From the NCBI RefSeq assembly GCF_000143415.4, contig NW_003314414.1, forward strand, positions 1 to 46,348: a stretch of DNA of 46,348 nucleotides, given 5' to 3'. This DNA comes from Selaginella moellendorffii. Taxonomy: Eukaryota; Plantae; Lycopodiophyta. The notes beneath the pieces are model-generated. The model saw nothing but the letters and a program-made list of their open reading frames with translations, searched no databases and was not told the origin of the DNA. The number at the start of each line of letters is the position of its first letter. Position 1 is the first letter of the stretch. Positions 33,736 through 45,300 of the stretch are shown here, in pieces. Made by a program: the position numbers and the translations under genes.

Positions 33736-36700
33736 TTCTGAATCCTCGGGCGCTGCCAAGACGCTGTCTCTCCACCCAATGGTATGGGCCCATTGGTCGG
33801 AGTGGCCATGCAAACGGGATTCTCGCCGTTCCTCGGAACCTGAACAAGTTCGGCGCTTGCTCCACAAAATTGTCTTCTCGAATGGAGAACCTCTGCGGGT
33901 TCCAGTTGAAGTTGTAGGCCAGGATGTCCTCCAGGGTCCGGCCTATGTCTTGTCCGGGCGTGATCAAAATTGCCGGCGGAGCGTATCCAACTCTGTTGTC
34001 AATCCATTCCCCCAGGAGCTTGGGAGGGTTCGTTCCACTGACATAGAGCTCTACTTCACATACTGCTCTTCTCGGTGGGGTGAACCCTGGCGGGCAGTTT
34101 CCTCTTGGCAAGGCAATGCAAAGTCTTCCGTTCTTCCTGATCTTGAACGTGATTGTTGTTGTTCTTGTTCTACTGGCCCCGGCGCCCTCTGTGTTGCCTG
34201 CTGAGGTGGTAGTTCTCCTTTATCCTGGACAGTCTCTACTTCAGTGTCAGGTCCCTTTGCCTCCCCCACGGCTTGTCCTTCAAAAAGTCTTCCTGTTGGC
34301 CTCCATTCTTTTCCTCGTGATGTCCCTGACTGTCCTTTTTCCTGCTTGGCTGCTGTTGATTGCTCCCCTTGTCCCTCCTCCTTCTGTCCTTTTGTTCGAG
34401 GCTTCTTGCTTTCTCCACTGGAGGCCGCTTTCTCTATTGTTTCCCTTTCCCCTCTTGCTCCTCGTTTCTTGCCTTCCGAGCCACTGTTTGCTTTTTGTCG
34501 GTCTTCCCCTGTTTCCGGCATTCCCCCCATGCTTGCTCCTCTGGCCAAACAGTGTTTCCCAATGTGTCCTGTTTGCCGGCAGATGATGCACACGCTCGGG
34601 TTCGGTAGCAGCATAACCCGAATCCTTCTTGGCACTTCCCCCTTCCCTGGCTTGAGTTCTATCTCGAAGGGGATGTGTACTTCTTTCGGAATCCTGACTT
34701 TGACCGTGACTCTGTCTCCCACTGGCATTCCTTCCATCCTTATGAACGTAGCAAACTGCCTCAGTATTGCTGCCAGAATCTTGTCTTCTGCCAGTGCCAC
34801 GTCCATTCCCTGTAGCTCAAAGTTCACGATCACGGATGGCGGGAGTAGCATCCTTTTTTTCTGGGGCGTGAAGTTGTTGTGGTATGCTCTGAAGAAGAGC
34901 TGGAAGTCCAACTGTGCATACGCATCCACTCGCAATAGCTTGTGCCGAGCTCTCTCATCCTTGATGACTACATTATAGCACTTTTCCCCCAGGTCCTTCA
35001 CATCTTCTGCTAAAACCGTGACCAACATGTCATGGTACGCCAACGCTGCGCACACCCAATCTGACACTACAAAACCTGCCGGGACTGCTCCCTCCACTAT
35101 CACGTGCACGGTTTCTTCCGCTCATCTGGCTTGCAGCTTGTTTAACTCCTCCATGAATTCTTCCGGGTCAACCTCTAGCACATCGCTTGCTGGCCCATGT
35201 GGCATTCTCATGGGCTTCCTTGGTGGCATTATCTCCTCGATCTTCATGGGTGGTGGCCCAAACGGGACTATGGGAGCATCCGGGCAGACAGACATTTTCG
35301 AGTACTGCGGTAGTACCTTTGGGTACCCTGTTCCCGGCTCTTGTTTCCCGTCCGGGGATATCACCACTTCTGGCGTGAGCTCTTCCCGGTTCCCTCTGGA
35401 TGACGATGCTTCCCATTGTCTCGCTTCTTCCCACTTCCCCTTGCCCTTGTCATCCCTCATTCTGCCATTGAATTCCTGTCCGACCGGTTCTTCATATATT
35501 CGCGCCATTTGTTCCATTTCAATCGGTCTTTCTTGTCTGGCTTCCTGTTCCTGCCTTTCTTTGGTAGCCTTTTCCCTTTCAGCTTCTTCTTCCAGTACCC
35601 GCTTTGCTTCCTCTTCTGCCAGACGTCTAGCTTCTTGCTTTTTACGCACGTTGGCTTCCCGGATTGCCTTGAAACACGGGGGGCCCTTGTCCAGCGGGCA
35701 GCACGTTTTGACCCTTCGCTTGATCCCGGACGGGGACCCTACCCCTGCTTCCTTCCCGCTGGCTTCTTTCTCCGTCCTTCCCGGTGCATTTTCCTCCCCC
35801 GTCCCCGGTGACTCGTTGGTGGTGTTTCTTCTAGGAGCTCTCGTGAGGGGTGCTCCCTCTTCCTCGCTTGAGTCCTCTTTTCCTTTGCTTTCCGTATTGA
35901 CTACCGGCACTTCTCCTGTCAGCGCCTCTTCTAGATCCAGTACCTCCGGCAGCTGCACACCTCTGGCTCTTCCGCCTGCCGTACTCATCCTCGCTGTTGT
36001 CCTTGCTCGCGGCATACTTCCTCCGGTGTCTTCCTCTTTTTTCCGTTGTTCCCCCTCTGATTCTTGCGATCCTCTTCTCCTCTCTCCCTCTTTTTCCCCC
36101 TTTTCCTTCCCTTCCGTTCCCTCCACTTCGTCTACGACCCTCTTTCCTTTCGGAGATTTTTCCCCCTTGTCTTTCCCTCTCCTCTTGCTTACCGCCTTGC
36201 CTTTGTCTTCGCGCTGCCCTTCGTCGTTTACCGAAAATAAAGCCCTCCGAATTGACAAGTCCCCTTTAAATAGCGCTGACCCTGGTTGCCACTTGTCGTT
36301 CCGCCATTTGCTGCCCACTCCTCCACATTTTTCTTCCCGTTTCCCTGTCCATGTTGATATCGGACATGATTGTTTCCTTGGATTCTTCGGCTTCTCCTCG
36401 GACATTACCCCGCCACGCGTCCCTTCCCTGTATTTCATGCTTAGATTTTCCCCCCATGCATCTCCACGTGTCACCTTGTCCTTCTTCCCCTCCCCTCCGA
36501 CAGTGACTTGCTCAGTCGCTTTTATTCCCACTTGCTGCGTGTTGATGACGTTGTTACTGTCCTCGTTTTTCTCCCGATTTGCTACGATCTTGACAGTTAT
36601 TCCGCCGTTCTCCCCTCTTAACTCCTTCCTTGGATTTCCCGCACCCACATTCATTCGCCGTCTAGCCGTTGTCCCGGGATTCCCACCACTCCCGATTCCT

Positions 36701-36804
36701 CCCATCTTGTTCTGCCGCGTGTCCACCATCTCTTCCGTCCCTTCTTCTCCTCTCAGTCGCATCCTAGCCGTCCAGAGCAGCGGTTTTTTGCCTTTGAACA
36801 TCAT
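33728..36804 (-). pseudogene. Copy B ORF1 (H3-tail-like motif, coiled coil, CCHC knuckle); stop at 35122, frameshift near 34110; likely true start 36015
   Basis: CIICRQTGHIGKHC; collinear with copy C ORF1. Confidence 0.85.
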
Positions 36805-37769
36805 GATCTTGCTTCAAGCTTTGCACTTCCTTTCTTGGGCGTGTCTCTGGCCAGTGAGCTTGGTCTTCCAACTAAAGCGGAGCTTCCCTCTTGCCCAGTT
36901 ACTTCTGCTCAAGATCTCGGTTGCTTAGAGTTTTTGAACCTTCAGACAAAAGTTCCGGGTCCCAAGCTGATTTCATCCGGCCAGCCCAGTTTTGCTGTGC
37001 CTAAAGGTCTCCCTGACCAGTACTCCAGATCCTTGCCTTATTGCGACCATTCCTCTTATCCTCCCAGCGCGCGCTCTTTCTTTTTTAGTGCATGCATCGA
37101 GGAGTGTTTGGGGGACTTTTAAGACTTTTCACTCAGCTTTTCATGACCCGGCGATCTTACTCCTCTCTGGCCTGTTCCCCCGAGGACCGAAAGGACTTTC
37201 TTACAAGCCAATACTGTCAGCCGAGGGGGGGCCAGAAAGGATGTCCTTCAGAGCCATTCCAAAACTTGAGCTACGAGCCAAAAAATGCACGGCGGGGGTG
37301 ATTCAGTGGGATGCTTTCGATTCTTTTCTTTTTTTCTTGCGCTTTGCAGCTGGAGGAGAGGCTTCGCTTCTAGCTCAGATCTTTAGCCTTTGTCTGGTGA
37401 TGGCTCGCGGAAGAAACCGGGCCACCGACTTGAAACCAGCTTGGACCACACTATTAGCTCTATCCACCCAATCTTTTGCTGTAACTTGCGCGAGTCACTC
37501 ACACCCAGAGAAGGAACAAACTCACTGCCTGGCCACACTCAGAGCAGTCGTGCTTTCGCCTGGCGCTTCCAGATCTATTCTACCAGATAGTGCAAAAAGC
37601 CCGCTCGGATCTGTCTACCGCCAAAAACTTCGATCCGCTTGCCTCACTGCTGTTCAGCGCCACCGCCGCCCCCAAGCGTCCACTCCACTCTCTCCCTACG
37701 GCCTCTCTGCTCTCCTCTTGCCTTAGCGCCTTCCCTCTCCTCTCCGCCTTCACTCGCCATTCTCTTCTT

Positions 37770-37857
37770 TCTAGTCCGACTTTGTGAAATGACTTGAGAG
37801 GTGTAGTCTAGTCCGACTTTGTGAAATGACTTGAGAGGTGTTCTAGTCCGACTTTGT
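37770..37857 (+). repeat. Reiterated 26S target sequence between LINE copies B and C (37+35+16 bp)
   Basis: Seen directly. Confidence 0.95.
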
Positions 37858-37937
37858 TAAACGGGGCCTTTTATTTTCCAGCAAAAAACCAAAAAACTGG
37901 GCATGGTTTTGTTGGGCACAAAACCAGCAAAGAGCCT

Positions 37938-40900
37938 TTATCTAGAGGAGCCTACAATGGAAGTACCTACAGAAAGGGGGGTTGCTCGTGAACTGGCGCC
38001 CGAAGGTCTTCCTAGATGCGTCACCTGGAACCATTCGTCCGGTGGTGTCCACATCCATTCCCGAGTACCTGCCTCCCCTTGCTTCCACAAGAAATGCCAG
38101 ATCTGCGCTTCTTTTTTTGCTTTTTCTGGGCCATTTCTCCCTCCTCTTTTTTCCAGTTGTAGAACACGGGCTGCTGCTGCAGTTATCATTCTAGTCCACA
38201 CCCGTGACGCCACCACCCTTGGTCCTTCTTCCCTGTCATTAAAGATTCTGTTGCACCGGGCTTTCCATACTTCCCACATTGTAATTCCTCGCAGTAGGTC
38301 CACTATCTCTGTTGGGATTCCTTCTATGTCTGTTTGAGTTGTGTTGAGTTGATCAAACCTTGGTGCCCCTTCTTCTCTTGATGTCCATTTCCAAGAGTCT
38401 GTTCCATTTCGCATTCCTGCGGCAGCTTCGCCCCATACTGCCGCTTCATACGTGAGGCACACTTGTCTCTGGGAGTGTTGTTGCAGCAACCAGCACGTGC
38501 TTCTCCCCACGTCTTGTGCGCTTTCACATTCCCATAATATGTGCCTTTGTGTCTCCCTCGCTCCACATTTGTCACATGCTTGGTCCACGAGGTGTATGTT
38601 CCTTTTTGATGGTAGCCTGTCTTGCATTGTCAACCACATGAAGTATCTTGTTTTTGCTGCCCAACGTCCTTTCCATAACTCTTTCAATATCTCCTGCTGT
38701 GTCTTGTCCTGTATGTTGGCTCGTTTCATCCTTGATACCAGTAGTGAGTCACTGCGCGGCCGAATGAGCTTTCTCCCCAATCTTGTTTCGTAGGCAAAGA
38801 ATTCTTCCTTTTTCCTTCCCCGCCAATTCCATTCCGTTGGATCCCAGGCCAGCTCGCTTAATTTTTGTTGTCTGAACCAGTACATCCTAGCTACCTGGCC
38901 TTCCGTTATCTTCGGGTCCATTGATGCTGTTTTCTTATCTATCTGTATAACACGTATCGGCTCTGTTCGTGACATGTCCGGTCGTAGGCTCTCCTTGGGC
39001 ACTTTGTATGGTAATAGTCTCCCAGCCACCCCGACTTCGAACACATAACATTTCGTCTGGTCTTGAGTTGCCGTGTATATCACCTTTTCCTCGGCTATCC
39101 ACCAGGCTGGTGTCGTTTCTCTGACTTCCTTAATGCTCTGTTTGCATTTCCCTTGTGCTTCTTCAAAGGCTGTTTCGAACTTTTTCAGCCTGTGTGCCGA
39201 GATTTCCAGCCCATAGAAAACCTTTAGTCTATCTCTGTTCATTTCTGTTTCCCCCGCTTTTATCATTGAGTCAGCTTCTGCAAATGTTCTCATCCCAGCA
39301 CTGTGAAGGTCCCGGCATACTTTGTCTATTCCTCTGTCCGCAGTTTCCCCCAAACATTTCCCCTTATATTGAAATAGCTTATTAAGAAATATTGGTTGTC
39401 GATCCAACTCATAAGTGTTTGTCGGTTTTCTTTTTTCCAACTTGCTCTTGAATTCCTTCCACAATCTGAACAGTTTCCCAGAGAACGTATTTGGTTTTGG
39501 CATTTTCAGTGCGCCTTCCATGAACAGCCACCTTTCATCTTTTTCCCAGTTTTGCCTCGTGTGTTCTAGTCTGTCCGGAATGACTTTAAGCAGTTGATGG
39601 CGTAGTAGGAGTTTCCATGGTTGGTTTCCGGGCATGTTCATTCGGTGAAAGATTTTGAATAGCAGCGCCTTGCATTGTTCCTCTATATCTATAATGTTTA
39701 TCCCCCCATCCTGTTTTGCTCTTGTGACCGAGCTCCATCCAACCTTTGCCCCTCCTCTTGATACTGTTGCTTGGCCCTTCCATACATATGTCCTGATGAG
39801 CTTGTTCATTTCTTTTAGTGTTTTCTTGTCCAAGTTCCATGATGCCGCCAGGAACCAGATTGCTCCTAGCACTATATTATTCGCCACTACACATCTTGCC
39901 GAGAAGGACAGCTTCCGTGATGCCCAAAATTTCAGTTGATCTCGAAGCTTTTCGACCGCCTTCTGATTCTGCGGGAGGGGGTCGTATGCCCGGCCTATTT
40001 GGAACCCCAAGTATCTTGTTGTTTCTCCTTGTTTCAGCCACTTAAAATCCCACTCTCTCCCCCAATTTGGCGGGTCAGAGCTTGGCAGCCATATTCCCAC
40101 CGATTTTCCCCAGTTTATTCGTGAGCCAGCTGCCAGGTTGAAGAAGTCCAAGTCCTTCTTGACCTTGCTCATGTTTTCCGGGGAGCCTGTCGTGATGATT
40201 CCTGTGTCATCCGCGAAGGCACTGGATTTCAACTGCCTTTCCTCTGTCCCTGCCAGGTCTTGTAGTGAGTCTCTGCACCCAGGCAATACCAGCCCTTCCG
40301 GTCCGTCCATCCTTGCCAGATAATGTGCTAAAGCATCGGCCACGAACAGGAACAAAAACGGGGCTAATGGACACCCTTGTCTTACTGACCGTTGGAGCTT
40401 GATCGTGTTCCCTACTGTCCCGTTTATTGTGACCTTGCTTGATGCGCCTTGGTATAAGGTGGCCGTCCATCCTATAAACTCTTCAGGGATGCCGATCTTC
40501 CTCATTGTCGTTTGCAGGAATTCCCAGTCTACTCTATCATATGCCTTCTCGTAATCCAGGAGTATTATGGCCATCTCTAATCCTTGGTCTTTGACTTGTT
40601 CTTGTGTGAGCAACACTGTCAATATGTTGTCTACCAGTTGTCTTCCTTCCACAAACCCATTCTGGGTGTCATGTATCGTTTCTGGCAATAACGGCCTTAA
40701 TCTCTTGGCTAGCGCCTTGGCTACTATCTTGTATAGTGTATTTAGCATCGATATCGGTCTCCAGTTCTTGAGTAGAGATGCATCCCCTCCTTTTTTGGGA
40801 ATGAGCGCAATTATTCCATCTATGGCTCCTGGGGGCCATTGTCCTGTTCTCATCACCTCCTTCCATGTGTCCAACACTACTGGCCCCAACCATTCCCAGT

Positions 40901-42371
40901 TTGCTTTATAATATGCTGGTGGCATCCCATCTTCCCCCGGCATCTTGTCATCGTTCAAGTCTCTAACTGCATCCTCTAGCTCTTCCAGTGTAAAGTTTCT
41001 GCACAGGGTCCGTGCTAAGGCTTCATCTACTTTCTGGGGCACCGACTGAAGAACTTCCTCCATGGCCGTTTTCCTTTCTTCTGTCCACGGTTCTGCTCTA
41101 AACAGTCCTTGGTAGTATGTCTCAGCCATCCTGTGCATCTCCTGTAGGCTCGTATGCATCTCACCTTGATCATCCTTGAGCCTGAACATTGGCGGGGACG
41201 TAACTCTTGCTTTTATGGACTTGTAAAACTCTTTGTTTAGCGCATTCTCACTAATATGCCATTTGAGGTGCCCCGACCTTATAAACGCCTCCATTTTTTC
41301 CGCTTCCAGGGTGAAAAGTTGGGCTTTGGTTCTTGCTAGCTGAGTTCTCAGTGACGTATCCAGCGGGTCCAACCTGATCAATCTCTTAATGGCTTCAATA
41401 TTTCTTCTTATTGCTTGCACTTTTTTGAAAACTTTTCTTCGCTTGTTCTGTGTCTTTTTCCAGATTTCATTGGCTATCTCAATTGTGAACTTGTGCAGAT
41501 CTCCTCCTTCTTGCTGATTCCATCTTTCTTTTATATGGTCATTCATTTTCCCGTCCTCAAAGTTTTTCCGCGATATTGGTGCAGGCCTCTTTGTTCCCCA
41601 CCTCTTTAAGATGGGAAGCGTCAAAGCCACCGAATTATGATCTGAGAAGTCTCTGTATCCCGTTGTTATATCTAATTTTCCACTATTCCGACACAGTTCG
41701 GGTGATATATAAAACCGGTCCAGTCTTCGTTGAATTCCCCGTTGTTGGTGCTCTTGCCATGTGAACCTTGGCTCGTGTTGTACAAACCCTGGGATGTTGT
41801 ATGTATCTTCTAGCCCCATCGCTAGCACTAGTTGTGCCCACATTGCTCTTTCCCTGCTTGTCCTTTTGTCTCTCATTTCTCCCCCATCTTTGTCTAGCTC
41901 CTCTTCCACAAAGTTGAAGTCTCCCGTGACCATCCATGTTGAGGGTTGTGGAGGTATTCGGTGTACCAATTCATTCCAGAAATCTGCTCTTTCAGAGGAG
42001 CTTCCTGCTGGTGCATACACATTCAGGAGGCCTACTAGCATGTCTCCTATCTTGAACTGGACACACTGTGCTCTACCTGGTACCAGTATTGCATGATCTT
42101 CAACCAAAGATTCCCACGTGCCTTTTACCACTATTAATGTGCCTCCACTGCATGATACTGCCGGATTCCAAAAATATTTCCCTTTCGTAAACTTATAAAC
42201 TTGATCCATTCTTGAGAGCCTATGCTCTTGCACACACAAGAAATCAAAACATTGCGTCACACCTTCTACCTGTCTAAGGTACTGTCTAAACTTCGTCTTT
42301 TTGTTATTCAGTGCTGATCTCTCCTTCTTCAGGCCTCCCACGTTCCACGTTCTCACGTTGATGTTAACCAT
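37938..42371 (-). CDS. Intact LINE ORF2: APE endonuclease, reverse transcriptase, C-terminal zinc finger
   Basis: TWNVGG, QEH, NVYAP, GDFN, RRLDRFY, SDH; NWRPISMLN, DYEKAYDRV, QGCPLAP, FADD, YLG; CDKC..ETQRHILWEC. Open frame begins at 42449; likely ATG at 42371. Confidence 0.95.
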   Translation of the reverse strand: MVNINVRTWNVGGLKKERSALNNKKTKFRQYLRQVEGVTQCFDFLCVQEHRLSRMDQVYKFTKGKYFWNPAVSCSGGTLIVVKGTWESLVEDHAILVPGRAQCVQFKIGDMLVGLLNVYAPAGSSSERADFWNELVHRIPPQPSTWMVTGDFNFVEEELDKDGGEMRDKRTSRERAMWAQLVLAMGLEDTYNIPGFVQHEPRFTWQEHQQRGIQRRLDRFYISPELCRNSGKLDITTGYRDFSDHNSVALTLPILKRWGTKRPAPISRKNFEDGKMNDHIKERWNQQEGGDLHKFTIEIANEIWKKTQNKRRKVFKKVQAIRRNIEAIKRLIRLDPLDTSLRTQLARTKAQLFTLEAEKMEAFIRSGHLKWHISENALNKEFYKSIKARVTSPPMFRLKDDQGEMHTSLQEMHRMAETYYQGLFRAEPWTEERKTAMEEVLQSVPQKVDEALARTLCRNFTLEELEDAVRDLNDDKMPGEDGMPPAYYKANWEWLGPVVLDTWKEVMRTGQWPPGAIDGIIALIPKKGGDASLLKNWRPISMLNTLYKIVAKALAKRLRPLLPETIHDTQNGFVEGRQLVDNILTVLLTQEQVKDQGLEMAIILLDYEKAYDRVDWEFLQTTMRKIGIPEEFIGWTATLYQGASSKVTINGTVGNTIKLQRSVRQGCPLAPFLFLFVADALAHYLARMDGPEGLVLPGCRDSLQDLAGTEERQLKSSAFADDTGIITTGSPENMSKVKKDLDFFNLAAGSRINWGKSVGIWLPSSDPPNWGREWDFKWLKQGETTRYLGFQIGRAYDPLPQNQKAVEKLRDQLKFWASRKLSFSARCVVANNIVLGAIWFLAASWNLDKKTLKEMNKLIRTYVWKGQATVSRGGAKVGWSSVTRAKQDGGINIIDIEEQCKALLFKIFHRMNMPGNQPWKLLLRHQLLKVIPDRLEHTRQNWEKDERWLFMEGALKMPKPNTFSGKLFRLWKEFKSKLEKRKPTNTYELDRQPIFLNKLFQYKGKCLGETADRGIDKVCRDLHSAGMRTFAEADSMIKAGETEMNRDRLKVFYGLEISAHRLKKFETAFEEAQGKCKQSIKEVRETTPAWWIAEEKVIYTATQDQTKCYVFEVGVAGRLLPYKVPKESLRPDMSRTEPIRVIQIDKKTASMDPKITEGQVARMYWFRQQKLSELAWDPTEWNWRGRKKEEFFAYETRLGRKLIRPRSDSLLVSRMKRANIQDKTQQEILKELWKGRWAAKTRYFMWLTMQDRLPSKRNIHLVDQACDKCGARETQRHILWECESAQDVGRSTCWLLQQHSQRQVCLTYEAAVWGEAAAGMRNGTDSWKWTSREEGAPRFDQLNTTQTDIEGIPTEIVDLLRGITMWEVWKARCNRIFNDREEGPRVVASRVWTRMITAAAARVLQLEKRGGRNGPEKAKKEAQIWHFLWKQGEAGTREWMWTPPDEWFQVTHLGRPSGASSRATPLSVGTSIVGSSR

Positions 42372-45300
42372 TTCTGAATCCTCGGGCGCTGCCAAGACGC
42401 TGTCTCTCCACCCAATGGTATGGTCCCATTGGTCGAAGTGGCCATGCAAACGGGATTCTCACCGTTCCTCGGAACCTGAACGAGTTCGGCGCTTGTTCCA
42501 CGAAATTATCTTCTCGAATCGAAAACCTCTGCGGGTTCCAGTTGAAGTTGTAGGCCAGAATATCCTCCAGAGTCCGGCCTATGTCTTGTCCAGGCGAGAT
42601 CAGAATTGCCGGTGGGGCGTATCCAACTCTGTTGTCGATCCATTCCCCCAGGAACTTGGGAGGGTTCGTTCCACTGACGTATAGCTCAATTTTGCAAACT
42701 GCTCTTCTCGGGGGGGTGAATCCTGGCGGACAGTTTCCTCTTGCAAAGTCCTCCGTTCTGCCTGATCTTGAGCGTGACTGTTGTTGTTGTTCCACTGGCC
42801 CCGGTACCCTCTGTGTAGCCTGCTGTGGTGGCATTTCACCTTTATCTTGGACCATCTCTACTTCTGTGTCAGGTTCCTTTGCCTCCCCCACGGCTTGTCC
42901 TTCGAACCGTCTTCCTGTCGGCCTCCATTCTTTCCCTCGCGAAGCCCCCGACTGTGCTTTTTCCTGCTTGGCTGCTGTTGATTGCTCCCCTTGTCCCTCC
43001 TCCTTCTGTCCTTTGGTTCGAGGCTTCTTGCTTTCGCCACTGGAGGCTGCTTTCTCTGTTGTTTCCCTTTCCCCTCTGGCTCCACGTTTCGTGCCTTCCG
43101 ATCCACTGTTTGCTTTCTGTCGGTCCTCTCCTGTTTCCTGCATTCCCCCCACACTTGCTCCTCTGGCCAAACAGTGTTTTCCAATGTGTCCCGTGTGCCG
43201 GCAAATAATGCATACACTCAGGTTTGGTAGCAGCATAACCCGAATCCTTCTTGGCCCTTGCCCCTTCCCTGGCTTGAGTTCTATCTCGAAGGGGATGTGA
43301 ACTTCTTTCGGAATCCTGACTTTGACCGTGACTCTGTCTCCCACTGGCATTCCTTCCATCCTTATGAACGTAGCAAACTGCCTCAGTATTGTCGCCAGGA
43401 TCTTGTCTTCGGCCAGTGCCACGTCCATACCTTGTAGCTCAAAGTTCACAATCACAGATGGGGGGAGTAACATCCTTTTTTTCTGGGGCGTGAAATTGTT
43501 GTGATATGATCTGAAGAAGAGCTGAAAGTCTAACTGTGCGTACGCATCCACTCGCAGCAACTTGTGCCGAGCTCTCTCGTCCTTGATGACCACATTATAG
43601 CACTTTTCTCCCAGGTCCTTCACATCTTCTGCTAAAACCGTGACCAACATGTCGTGATATGCCAGCGCTGCNNNNNNNNNNNNNNNNNNNNNNNNNNNNN
43701 NNNNNNNNNNNNNNNNNNNNNNNNNNNNNNNNNNNNNNNNNNNNNNNNNNNNNNNNNNNNNNNNNNNNNNNNNNNNNNNNNNNNNNNNNNNNNNNNNNNN
43801 NNNNNNNNNNNNNNNNNNNNNNNNNNNNNNNNNNNNNNNNNNNNNNNNNNNNNNNNNNNNNNNNNNNNNNNNNNNNNNNNNNNNNNNNNNNNNNNNNNNN
43901 NNNNNNNNNNNNNNNNNNNNNNNNNNNNNNNNNNNNNNNNNNNNNNNNNNNNNNNNNNNNNNNNNNNNNNNNNNNNNNNNNNNNNNNNNNNNNNNNNNNN
44001 NNNNNNNNNNNNNNNNNNNNNNNNNNNNNNNNNNNNNNNNNNNNNNNNNNNNNNNNNNNNNNNNNNNNNNNNNNNNNNNNNNNNNNNNNNNNNNNNNNNN
44101 NNNNNNNNNNNNNNNNNNNNNNNNNNNNNNNNNNNNNNNNNNNNNNNNNNNNNNNNNNNNNNNNNNNNNNNNNNNNNNNNNNNNNNNNNNNNNNNNNNNN
44201 NNNNNNNNNNNNNNNNNNNNNNNNNNNNNNNNNNNNNNCTCTTCTGCCAAGCGTCTAGCTTCTTGCTCTTTTCGCGCGTTGGCTTCCCTGATTGCCTTGA
44301 AGCAGGGGGGGCCCTTCTCCAGCGGGCAGCACGTCTTGATTCTTCGCTTAATCCCGGTCGGGGATCCTACCGCCGCTTCCTTCCCACTGGCTTCCTTTTC
44401 TGCCCTTGCCCCTGCGTTTTCCTCCCCGACTCCTGGCGATTCGTTGGTGGGGTTTCTTCTAGGCGCTCTCGTGAGTGGGGTTTCCTCTTCCTCACTTGCA
44501 TCCTCTTTTCCTTTGTTTTCCACATTGGCTGGCGAGACTTCTCCTACCAGCGTTTCTTCTGGATCTAGTACCTCTGGGAGCTGCACACCCCTGGCTCTCC
44601 CTCCTGCAGTGCTCATCCTCGCCGTTGTCCTTGCTCGTGGCATTTTTCCCCCAGTGTCTTCCTCTCTTTTTTTTCCCTCTGATTCTAGCGTTCCTTTCTT
44701 TCCCTCCCTCTCCTTTTCCCCCTTTTCCCACCCTTCCGTTCCCTCCCCTTCTTCCACTTCCCACTTTCCTTTCGGAGATTTTTCCCCCTTGCCTTTCCTT
44801 TCCCTTTCGCTTACCGCTTTGCTTTTGTCTTCACGCTGGCCCTCGTCTTTTACCGAAAACAATGCCCTCCGGATTGACAAGTCCCCTTTAAATAGTGCTG
44901 ACCCTGGCTGCCACATGTCATTCCGCCATTTGCTGCCCGCTCCTCCACGTTTTTCTTCCCCCTTTCCTGTCCACGTTGATAGCGCACACGATTGCTTTCT
45001 TGGATTCTTCGGCTTCTCCTCGGACATGACCCTGCCACGCGTCTCTTCCTTGGATTTTCTGCATGGATTTTCGCCCCATGCATCTCCACGTGTCGCCTTG
45101 TCCTTCATCCCCTCCTTTCCGACCGTGACCTGCTCGGTCTCTTTAATTCCCACTGGCTGCGTGGTGATGACGTTGTTACTGTCCTCGTTTTTCTCCCGAT
45201 TTGCTACGATCTTGACAGTTATTCCGCCTTTCCCCCATATTAACTCCTCCCTTGGTTTCCCCGCACCCGCATTCATTCGCCGTCTAGCCGTTGTCTCGGG

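Larger units (their letters stand above)
29221..37769 (-). mobile_element. LINE copy B: full-length (~8.55 kb) L1/Tx1-like element in 26S rDNA, antisense, 16-bp TSD, ORFs disrupted
   Basis: TSD TCTAGTCCGACTTTGT at 29205-29220 and 37770-37785; ORF1 with a CCHC knuckle; ORF2 with APE-RT-zf. Confidence 0.95.

Noticed and set aside
35018-36928. 636-aa plus-strand ORF (and 44279-45592)
   Set aside because: Antisense shadow of purine-rich ORF1; S/P/F/L-rich with no domain.
37770-37857. CRISPR-like ~36-bp direct repeats (also 4676-4762)
   Set aside because: No spacers, the sequence is 26S rDNA, the context is eukaryotic and there are no cas genes.
43654-44568. ORFs with poly-X
   Set aside because: Artefact of the N gap.
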